Below the pieces are notes generated by a model. It ran no database searches and was not told where the DNA came from. It worked only from the letters and a program-made list of their open reading frames with translations. Source: Candidatus Nanoarchaeia archaeon (GTDB lineage Archaea; Nanobdellota; Nanobdellia; SCGC-AAA011-G17; GW2011-AR17). Taken from it: 64,000 bases of DNA. The stretch is taken from contig JAQTVM010000001.1 in assembly GCA_028706745.1 (NCBI GenBank), forward strand, positions 12,399-76,398. The letters are read 5' to 3'. The translations under genes and the position numbers were made by a program. Every line of letters starts with the position of its first letter. Position 1 is the stretch's first letter. This document shows, one piece after another, positions 48,608-56,102 of the stretch.

Positions 48608-48754
48608 TTTCGGTTCCCAAACGCTGCGCCCCTGCGGGGGCTTGCCCGCCCAGCTCTGGGGCTTGCCCGCCCAGCTCTGGGGCTTGCCAGGATGGCTCGC
48701 TACCGCTCGCCTCGGCTGCGCCCCGAGGGTCGGGTCGCCTAACAGTCGTTAGGC
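48608..48754. repeat. attC-like site 4 (GC-rich module with internal 21-bp tandem duplication plus core 48737-48754)
   Basis: CTTGCCCGCCCAGCTCTGGGG occurs twice inside the module. Confidence 0.7.
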
Positions 48755-48810
48755 AAAATTACAGGCGGCTCATAAGACTAATAACAAGAAAAGAACAAAC
48801 GGCGGGCGGC

Positions 48811-49281
48811 TTATTGGCTGTTTTTCCATTTTTCCCACAAATGTGCAGCGTCTCTTACATTCAGGCTTTCAAATAGATAATTATACATATTTATTGCGGT
48901 TTGCCTGGCAGGGCGCTCTTCGTAAATCAGCCCAAAGCCATGTTCCTGTTCTGCTATGTCATATACGTCAAGAGTCTGGTTGCATCCTGTATCTATAAAC
49001 CTTTCATAAAAGAATCCGCCGGGCTGTGGCTTTTTGCTAATAAGGTTTTCACAGCCCCCATAAACAACTACTGTAAATGTAGGGCTATTATAGCTTTCGC
49101 GGTGCTCAAAGGTATATTCGCCACATTCTACCCTAAAGCCCTCTTCCATAAAGGCAACATTTGCTTCATTGCATATATTGCCTATTGTATCTATTGTCGT
49201 TTCTCTATTATTTACACCTGTTGTTGCGCATCCTGCTCCAAGTGCAAGTGCTGCTAATCCACCAAATATTGCTTTTTTCAT
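48811..49281 (-). CDS. putative secreted lipoprotein (cassette 5)
   Basis: Signal peptide with LGAGC lipobox-like Cys; paralogous to the next gene; locally elevated GC. Confidence 0.4.
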   Translation of the reverse strand: MKKAIFGGLAALALGAGCATTGVNNRETTIDTIGNICNEANVAFMEEGFRVECGEYTFEHRESYNSPTFTVVVYGGCENLISKKPQPGGFFYERFIDTGCNQTLDVYDIAEQEHGFGLIYEERPARQTAINMYNYLFESLNVRDAAHLWEKWKNSQ

Positions 49282-49335
49282 TTTGATTTACCTCCCTCAA
49301 TATATCTTATACAGCAATAATCTACTGCGGGCGGC

Positions 49336-49878
49336 TTATAATTTTTCTTTTGCCTGATGCCATTCCGCAATAAGTCGCTCAACATCAAATGTACTTGTGA
49401 TTGTCTGCATATATGAATCATATGCACTATTGCGGAATGCCTGCGCTTGCTCTTCCGCCCCGGGTTCCTCTAAATCAAAGGAGCACCGCAGCCCGCAGGT
49501 GAAGAGCGGAGAAAGAGGACCAGCAGGTCCATGCTCAAATGTCCTGTCGCAACCTTCGTCTGAAAAATATTGATGATTTATCTGTGCATCTGACTGAAAC
49601 ACGTCCAATGTTATTCTTACGCATCCTGTACTCTCCGCATATTCCTGCCTTCTCCATACTGTTTCTGATTCCAAATTGCCGTTATTTACAACTCTTACCG
49701 CAAGTTCTAATTGTTCTTCATTCCAATAAATATCGCCAGAAATAACTTCTGCCCCATTTTGCGTCAGGACATTACTACTTTGACCGTACAAAGGCAGATC
49801 CCTTGCGCAATCTAATCCGGCTGCTGCTAAAGTCGCCAATCCGGCAACCGCGACTGATGATATTATTCTTGCTTTCAT
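49336..49878 (-). CDS. putative secreted lipoprotein paralog (cassette 5)
   Basis: Signal peptide AAAGLDC; similar C-terminal region (..AEWHQAKEK vs ..HLWEKWKN); flanking sequence duplicated (ACAGCAATAATC..). Confidence 0.4.
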   Translation of the reverse strand: MKARIISSVAVAGLATLAAAGLDCARDLPLYGQSSNVLTQNGAEVISGDIYWNEEQLELAVRVVNNGNLESETVWRRQEYAESTGCVRITLDVFQSDAQINHQYFSDEGCDRTFEHGPAGPLSPLFTCGLRCSFDLEEPGAEEQAQAFRNSAYDSYMQTITSTFDVERLIAEWHQAKEKL

Positions 49879-50079
49879 TTTGATTTACCCCCTAAACATA
49901 CTTTCTACAGCAATAATCCACTCCTTCCTTATAAGCCTTACGGAGAACGCCGCCCGCCAACGACGAATATGCCGCCTGTAACTCACCAGATGTCGCTCGC
50001 TGCGGCTCGCTACATCGGTGCCGCGCAGCAGCAGGCTCGCCGTGAAGCTATATTCAACTGTCCGATATATTCGGACAAT

Positions 50080-50595
50080 TCAGCTAAAAATAATATCTTT
50101 CGTCGCATCAATTAATTCTTTACAAATATTTTTTAATTTACTTATCTTCGCCTCATTCTCAACAGAAATCTGCACGCCGTATGTATAGTCCTCCCTCATG
50201 CCAATAATGCTGTCCATATCTTCATATTCCAATAATTCAATAAACTTATCATCCAGGCTGATCTTTTTCTCTTCTTTCAAATATCTCATTAAAGCAATTG
50301 TGCATGTCTGGTTTCCGGATTCAAACCCGAATTTTGCCGCAATAGCCAAAAAGCAATGATAAATGCAATAAAACCCGGCTGACATTGACCAGTCTGAAAA
50401 TCCGTCTCTTTTAAAAACAGTTATCCCATCCAGGTCATGCTCTGCCTTTGCAAGATGCTTTTTTGCTTCCTCAATATCCGGCTTGCCTTTCAATAATCCC
50501 CTGTGCTTTAGCCTTTTCCCTAACTTTTTGCATTCTTCAATCTCTTTTTTTGCCTTGTTCAGGCACCATTCAATTTGGTTAAAAGCGTGCGGCAT
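50080..50595 (-). CDS. HEPN-like domain protein (partner of downstream MNT), cassette 5
   Basis: N-terminal helix pattern AKKHLAKAEHDL typical of HEPN; 17-nt overlap with the MNT gene; HEPN Rx4-6H motif not clearly identified. Confidence 0.35.
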   Translation of the reverse strand: MPHAFNQIEWCLNKAKKEIEECKKLGKRLKHRGLLKGKPDIEEAKKHLAKAEHDLDGITVFKRDGFSDWSMSAGFYCIYHCFLAIAAKFGFESGNQTCTIALMRYLKEEKKISLDDKFIELLEYEDMDSIIGMREDYTYGVQISVENEAKISKLKNICKELIDATKDIIFS

Positions 50596-51169
50596 CTTTC
50601 ATTATCTCCACATATTTATCCTGCCCATATAATACAATAGCATTTTTGACTATATCAATAATGGCTTTGTTTCTCTTTTTAAGGTTTTCCAGCAAATCTT
50701 GCTGTGTCACCATAATAGCATGAAGCTTTTTAGGCAGCATCTCTTCTTTTTTGTTAATGAATTTATTTATTTCTTTAATATCATTTTTATTCATCACAAC
50801 CATAATATCAATATCGCTTGCCTGAACATAGTTCTTAATGGCAGAGCCGTAAATCATTACAATCCTGCCTTCCTTAAAAACTTCCTTAAATTCCTCTTTC
50901 CATCTTTTGAAGCTATTGGCTTCATCAGCAAGCAAGAAAGCTATAAGCTGGCTGACATAAGCCTCCTCAAAATTCAGCCTGTAATTTATTGATTTGCCTA
51001 TTTGCCTGCTTATTACTAAATTTTCCTTAAACAGCCTTTTGAACAGCTTTTGGGCGCCAACATGGCTTATATCCAGTATCTTGCTTATGGAGTTGGCATT
51101 ATAAAATGCAGTGAACTCCTTGAATAAAACAAGCAAGCATTCCCTTTCAGTTAACGTTAAAGACACCAT
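50579..51169 (-). CDS. wHTH plus minimal nucleotidyltransferase protein (cassette 5)
   Basis: IYGSAIKNYVQASDIDIMVV NTase motif; N-terminal wHTH; same architecture as 37447..38073. Confidence 0.6.
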   Translation of the reverse strand: MVSLTLTERECLLVLFKEFTAFYNANSISKILDISHVGAQKLFKRLFKENLVISRQIGKSINYRLNFEEAYVSQLIAFLLADEANSFKRWKEEFKEVFKEGRIVMIYGSAIKNYVQASDIDIMVVMNKNDIKEINKFINKKEEMLPKKLHAIMVTQQDLLENLKKRNKAIIDIVKNAIVLYGQDKYVEIMKDAARF

Positions 51170-51312
51170 ATTAACTCCAAGTTACTATATAGAAACTATG
51201 AATTACTATATAAACCTTTCTATCCCTAATGACGAAAAACCCCACCTCCTTTATTTTTCGGACAAATAGAGCCTGCGGCGGAGAGATATATCGCCCACCA
51301 AGCCTTATGTCT

Positions 51313-51330
51313 TCCTAACAGTCGTTAGGC
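51313..51330. repeat. core site 5 (TCCTAAC-AGTC-GTTAGGC) without GC-rich module
   Basis: seen directly; followed by GAAATTACAGGCGGCTCACAAGACTAATAACAA, near-identical to the start of cassette 5 (48755-48790). Confidence 0.7.
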
Positions 51331-51395
51331 AGAAATTACAGGCGGCTCACAAGACTAATAACAACTATTAAATATCTGCAAAGCATAATCCTAAT

Positions 51396-51776
51396 ATGAA
51401 AAGAAAGGTTGGGCTCTTTGTTTACTGGACTCCAAGAATATTATCCATAATCTTCTTATTGTTCCTTGCATTAATGTCCCTTGACATCTTTGACGGCAAT
51501 TACGGATTTTGGGGCACAATACTGGGCTTGTTCATGCATAACATACCTGCATTTATCCTGCTTATAATCCTGTTAATCTCCTGGAATCACGAGATTGTGG
51601 GAGGAATCGGCTTTATCCTTGCAGGGATTGCATATGCCTCACTTATCATATCTCATCTGATTAAAACCGGATTTGAATGGTATTATCTGGCGTGGATATT
51701 GCAAATCTCAGGGGTTGCATTTCTTATAGGAATCCTTTTTCTTATTGGCTGGTTCAAGAAAAATAAGAAAAAATAA
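51396..51776 (+). CDS. membrane protein (4 TM), function unknown
   Basis: 126 aa, hydrophobic helices; after the last core site. Confidence 0.35.
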   Translation: MKRKVGLFVYWTPRILSIIFLLFLALMSLDIFDGNYGFWGTILGLFMHNIPAFILLIILLISWNHEIVGGIGFILAGIAYASLIISHLIKTGFEWYYLAWILQISGVAFLIGILFLIGWFKKNKKK

Positions 51777-51778
51777 AT

Positions 51779-52087
51779 CTACTTCTTCGCAACCTTCTCT
51801 TCCTTCATTATCTTCTTTGCGATAAGGAATACAACCAGAGCGATTATCACGAAGTTCAGCAATTCACCTAAGAAAGACCCCCAGCCGATAACTATCGGAC
51901 CTAAAGCAAATGTAGCCGCCTTCCACGCTCCGCCCGGAATAAACGGCGTTATCAAAGGCATAACAACATTATCAACCAGGGATTTTATCAAGGCAGTGGC
52001 TGCAAAGCCCATTACAAAGGCAATAGCCATGCCTACCACTTTGTATTCCCTTAAAAATCCCATAAACTCTTTCATCAGTTGCTTCAT
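51779..52087 (-). CDS. mscL: large-conductance mechanosensitive channel MscL
   Basis: KEF..F...VVGMAIAFVMGFA...SLV.NVVMPLI ... and second TM; aligns along its length to MscL. Confidence 0.75.
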   Translation of the reverse strand: MKQLMKEFMGFLREYKVVGMAIAFVMGFAATALIKSLVDNVVMPLITPFIPGGAWKAATFALGPIVIGWGSFLGELLNFVIIALVVFLIAKKIMKEEKVAKK

Positions 52088-52118
52088 TTTTCCCTCCAGT
52101 ATATATTAAATAAAAAAA

Positions 52119-52298
52119 TTACTTCTTCCTGCCTATGAAATAATAGACAATAGCGGTAATTATGCTGAACAGCACTGCGCAGATTATCCAAATCAGCTTA
52201 TGTGTCGAGTTCATTTTCTTGTTCTTCGCAACCACGTCATAAATTACCCATATTGCACACACAAGTGCAATAACGCCTACAATTCCTCCAAATGCCAT
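52119..52298 (-). CDS. small membrane protein (PLD-nuclease-N-terminal-like domain)
   Basis: 59 aa, not in the ORF track: MAFGGIVGVIALVCAIWVIYDVV...IWIICAVLFSIITAIVYYFIGRKK. Confidence 0.3.
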   Translation of the reverse strand: MAFGGIVGVIALVCAIWVIYDVVAKNKKMNSTHKLIWIICAVLFSIITAIVYYFIGRKK

Positions 52299-52349
52299 TT
52301 TATCTACCTCCTTTGCTTTTTATTAAAGCGCAAATATTATTAAATATTC

Positions 52350-53585
52350 CTATTCATACAGCTTCTTAATCTTTACCTTAATAATCTTCTTGGGCGTTGC
52401 CTCAACAATCGTAATCTCATTCTGGTTAATAGTCACAACTTCATCCTGCTTAGGAAATTTTTTTATGTTCTTCAGTATAATCTTGCTTAAAGAATCATTT
52501 GACGCTCCGGGCAGTGTCGTGTGAAAGAACCTGTTCAAAGCCCTTAATTCAGTCATTCCGTGAGCCAAAACAGTCTGCTTGTCCAATCTTTTAATCAAGT
52601 GCTGCTTTACATCACTTTCGTCAATTATCTCTCCAACAAGCTCTTCAAGCAAGTCCTCAAGTGTCGCCACGCCTATAAGCTCTCCGTGGTCATTCACAAC
52701 AACAGCCATGTGCATCTGCTTGTTCTGGAACTCCTTGAAAAGCTGGTTAAGAAGCATATGCTGAGGCACAAACTCTATTTTTGACATTATTGAAATTACG
52801 GGCTTGTTCTCCATGCCCTTGCCCATCGCAAGAAACATGTCTTTTATATGGACAACGCCAACAATATTCTCTTTAGATTTCTTGAAAACAGGGTATCTTG
52901 AGAACTGGTGCTCTTCTGCAACACCGGCTGCATCTGAAAGCTTCATTGCAGAATCAAGGCATATCATCTCGCTCCTGTGCGTCATTACTTCCCTGACCGT
53001 AATGTCATTAAACCTTAAAACAGATTCAATCATCTCTTTTTCTTCCTTTCTCACATTGCCTGAAGCAGCGCTCATCTCAAGTGTCGCCTTTAATTCCTCC
53101 TCTGTAACAATGGGCTGATTCATGCCCTGTCCCGTCTTTGTCAACTTTATTGCAACAAGCTCAAAAAGCAGTATTACAGGATAAAGAGCTTTCATCAGGA
53201 ATATTAAAATTGGCGCAAACCATACAGCAATCTTGTCTGCATTGTGTGTTGCATATGACTTTGGCACAATCTCTCCAAAAACAAGTATAACCAGCACCAT
53301 TGCTCCTGTTGCAATTCCTGTGCCTATGTCTCCAAAAGCCTTTATTGCAAGCATTGTGGCTATTGCAGAGGCAGCTATGTTTGCTATGTTATTCCCGACA
53401 AGTATTGTAACAAGAGTCTTCTTGGGGTTTGTCTTAAGGTATTCAAGCTTTTTCGCCCCGGGAATATTCTTTTCCACCATTGCCCTGAGCTTTGCAGCTG
53501 TTGTTGAAAATATTGCTATCTCGGCAGCGGAAAAGAACGCTGACATAAGCACAAGTACAATTAAACCTATAAAATATCCAAGCAT
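52350..53585 (-). CDS. corC: CNNM/CorC-family Mg2+/Co2+ transporter (DUF21 plus CBS pair plus CorC_HlyC)
   Basis: N-terminal 4-TM DUF21, tandem CBS region, C-terminal transporter-associated domain. Confidence 0.7.
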   Translation of the reverse strand: MLGYFIGLIVLVLMSAFFSAAEIAIFSTTAAKLRAMVEKNIPGAKKLEYLKTNPKKTLVTILVGNNIANIAASAIATMLAIKAFGDIGTGIATGAMVLVILVFGEIVPKSYATHNADKIAVWFAPILIFLMKALYPVILLFELVAIKLTKTGQGMNQPIVTEEELKATLEMSAASGNVRKEEKEMIESVLRFNDITVREVMTHRSEMICLDSAMKLSDAAGVAEEHQFSRYPVFKKSKENIVGVVHIKDMFLAMGKGMENKPVISIMSKIEFVPQHMLLNQLFKEFQNKQMHMAVVVNDHGELIGVATLEDLLEELVGEIIDESDVKQHLIKRLDKQTVLAHGMTELRALNRFFHTTLPGASNDSLSKIILKNIKKFPKQDEVVTINQNEITIVEATPKKIIKVKIKKLYE

Positions 53586-53638
53586 TTTACCTTATTGTCC
53601 ATAATAGGCACGATAAGTATATAAAACTAATGCAAGGG

Positions 53639-54232
53639 CTAAAGCTCAAGAATCTTGCCTTTCCTGCCTACATTAATAACAGTTGTATTGCCTATCTTCT
53701 CTTCAATGCCTTCTGCTTCGTGCACGTGGCTGCAGAATAATATGTCCGGCTGAAATTCCTCAATTGCCTTCTTCACTCCGTCGCTTCCGGGAACAAAGCT
53801 TGAGAACTTTGCCATCAATGTGCCTTTTGGATGAACATGAGTTACCATTATCTTCTTCCTGCAATCCTTTGTGTATTTGGCTCCTTTCTTCAAAGTGTCA
53901 AATATCTCTGTTTCAGTAAGCCCGAACTGCCCCACATTTGCAGAGCCGCAGCCAAAGAAGCCTAGATTGTCAACCCTGTACGCATAACCGTGCAGGTTCT
54001 TTCCGTCATACCTTTCTGCAAGAAAGTCAGCAATGTCATTGCCTTCGTGATTGCCGGGAACAAGCAAAACCTTCTGCTTGAAAGCCCCCACCAGATTGTC
54101 AGTTGTAAGCCCGTCCTGTGTAATATCACCGCAAATAACCACAAGATCCACTTTTTCCTTGTCAGCCCTTTCAGCGGCCTTTTTAGCCATCTGGGTGTCG
54201 CCGTGAAAGTCGCCTATTGCTAATATTTTCAT
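53639..54232 (-). CDS. calcineurin-like metallophosphoesterase
   Basis: GDFHG...GDITQDG...GNHE motifs. Confidence 0.6.
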   Translation of the reverse strand: MKILAIGDFHGDTQMAKKAAERADKEKVDLVVICGDITQDGLTTDNLVGAFKQKVLLVPGNHEGNDIADFLAERYDGKNLHGYAYRVDNLGFFGCGSANVGQFGLTETEIFDTLKKGAKYTKDCRKKIMVTHVHPKGTLMAKFSSFVPGSDGVKKAIEEFQPDILFCSHVHEAEGIEEKIGNTTVINVGRKGKILEL

Positions 54233-54306
54233 TTTTTATTCCCTAAATCGCTTATTTTTAGCTCAAAAATAGGTATTTAAACCTTATGGTTATTGAAAAG
54301 TAATAA

Positions 54307-55584
54307 CTATTTATTCCCCAAAACCTTCAAACCATTCATATAAGGAACAAGCACTTTAGGAACATTAACTGTCCCGTCCTTGTTCTGGTAATTCTCAAGA
54401 ACAGCAACAAGAGCCCTAGATGTGGCAACAGCAGTGGAATTCAATGTATGCAAAACTCTCTTTTCTCCGCCTTCCTTGCCGCACTTGATATTCAGCCTTC
54501 TTGCCTGGTAATCAGTGCAGTTTGAACAGCTTACAACCTCGCCGTACTTGTTCTGCCTTGGCATCCAAGCCTCAATGTCATACTTCTTTGCAGCAACCGT
54601 CCCTATGTCGCCTGTGCAGATATTTACAACATGATAAGGTAGCTCCAATCCCTTAAAAACATCTTCTGCATTCTTAATCATCTCTTCGTGAATCTTCCAT
54701 GAATCTTCAGGCCTGCAGAAAACAAACTGCTCAACCTTGTTGAACTGGTGCCTTCTGAAAAGCCCTTTTGTGTCAATGCCGTGCGCCCCTATCTCCTTCC
54801 TGAAGCACTGGCTGTAGCCTGCAAATTTTATAGGGAGCATTTTCTCATCAATTGTCTCATTCATGAAGAAAGCAGCCATCGGATGCTCTGAAGTCGCAAT
54901 CAGATATTCATCATCATTCTCAACCTTGTACATTACTTTTTCAAAATCACTCAAATCAGTTACTCCCTCGTACGGCTTTCTCTTAATCATGAAAGGAGGA
55001 AGGAATAACTTGTAGCCTTTTTTAATCAGTGTATCTATTGCAAACCTTGCGATTGCCTGCTCCAATAATGCAATCTCCCCTGTCAGAACAAAGAATCCGC
55101 TTCCTGATAATTTAGTTGCCCTGTCAAAATCCGCCCCAATTTTCTCTGCAATTTCAACGTGAGTTTTTAATTCAAAATCAAACTTGGGAATTTTGCCCCA
55201 CTTGCGAACCTCAACATTCTCAGAATCATCCTTTCCGTAAGGGACTGACTCGTGCAGTATGTTGGGCATTCTCATAAGATAATTTCTTAATTTCTCTTCA
55301 GCTTCAGAAACCCATTTTTCCCCTTCAGCAATCTCTTTGGGCAAGGAAGCTGCCTTCTTTATCTGCTTTGAAGCATCCTTTCCCTCTTTCTTCAAGGCAT
55401 TTATCTCCATGCTTACCTTGTTTCTCTCAGCTCTTAAGGAATCCAAATCAGCCTTTCTCTTTCTCCATTCAGAATCAAGCTTTATTATATCATCAACCTG
55501 ATTCAGTTTCTCAGAATCCTTCCTTTTTTCAAGGTTCTTTCGGATAATTTCCGGATGTTCCCTGAATAGTTGTATGTCAAGCAT
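54307..55584 (-). CDS. serS: seryl-tRNA synthetase
   Basis: N-terminal coiled-coil arm; class II motifs 1-3; 425 aa. Confidence 0.9.
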   Translation of the reverse strand: MLDIQLFREHPEIIRKNLEKRKDSEKLNQVDDIIKLDSEWRKRKADLDSLRAERNKVSMEINALKKEGKDASKQIKKAASLPKEIAEGEKWVSEAEEKLRNYLMRMPNILHESVPYGKDDSENVEVRKWGKIPKFDFELKTHVEIAEKIGADFDRATKLSGSGFFVLTGEIALLEQAIARFAIDTLIKKGYKLFLPPFMIKRKPYEGVTDLSDFEKVMYKVENDDEYLIATSEHPMAAFFMNETIDEKMLPIKFAGYSQCFRKEIGAHGIDTKGLFRRHQFNKVEQFVFCRPEDSWKIHEEMIKNAEDVFKGLELPYHVVNICTGDIGTVAAKKYDIEAWMPRQNKYGEVVSCSNCTDYQARRLNIKCGKEGGEKRVLHTLNSTAVATSRALVAVLENYQNKDGTVNVPKVLVPYMNGLKVLGNK

Positions 55585-55777
55585 TGTATCTGCTTATATT
55601 CCCCACCTATTTAATTCTTTTGCTGGTTTTTGGTGTCAACAGCCAGTAACTACAGGCAAAACTTTATATATTTTCCTGCATTAGATTACTAAGTTCCGAG
55701 TGAGTTTGAGAGTTTAAGCAAAGCTTTAAATATAAGTACTGGAATATATATGTTAGAGGATATAGGTTCCAAAGAGG

Positions 55778-56062
55778 ATGAAAATGGCAAAAAAAAGCAA
55801 GGAAATGTTTGATGTTTTTTTTAGGGCAAAGCCGGCTAATCTGCTGGTTGAATTAAGAAAGCAGGGCAAGAACAAGTATGGAAGCACCCTCGCGAAAGAC
55901 GTCAACTGCACATATTCGCACGCCGTAAAAATTCTTCAGGACATGGAAAAGGCAAGGCTTGTAAATTTTGAAAGAAACGGAAGGATAAAGACAATAGCCC
56001 TTACAGACAGCGGGCACAAGATTGCCGAGTTTATTGAAAAAATAAAAGAAATGCTTCCGTAA
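55778..56062 (+). CDS. winged-helix transcription regulator
   Basis: 94 aa; wHTH pattern (STLAKDVNCTYSHAVKILQDMEKARLV). Confidence 0.4.
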   Translation: MKMAKKSKEMFDVFFRAKPANLLVELRKQGKNKYGSTLAKDVNCTYSHAVKILQDMEKARLVNFERNGRIKTIALTDSGHKIAEFIEKIKEMLP

Positions 56063-56102
56063 GCGCATAAAGTTTTTATACCAGAAGTAATTCTCAAGCA
56101 AT

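Larger units (their letters stand above)
45601..51330. mobile_element. integron-like / IMEX-like cassette platform: recombinase, attI-like region and at least 5 cassettes delimited by GCCTAAC-AGTC-GTTAGGC sites
   Basis: Core GTTAGGC occurs at 46713, 47156, 47708, 48307, 48748 and 51324. Four sites carry the GC-rich module. The right end of the array was not found. Confidence 0.6.

Noticed and set aside
48549-48752. ORF-track entries overlapping the GC-rich modules (e.g. 48549..48752 +, 47567..47770 +) as protein-coding genes
   Set aside because: They are low-complexity translations of the repeat itself (PAQLWGLPAQLWGLPG). The frame is not conserved between repeat copies, and the conserved sequence is better explained as a recombination site.
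47038-48754. GC-rich direct repeats considered as a CRISPR array
   Set aside because: Repeat units are ~110-145 bp, not 24-48 bp. The intervening 300-450 bp contain ORFs bracketed by their own inverted repeats. No cas genes are present, and the termini match tyrosine-recombinase core sites.
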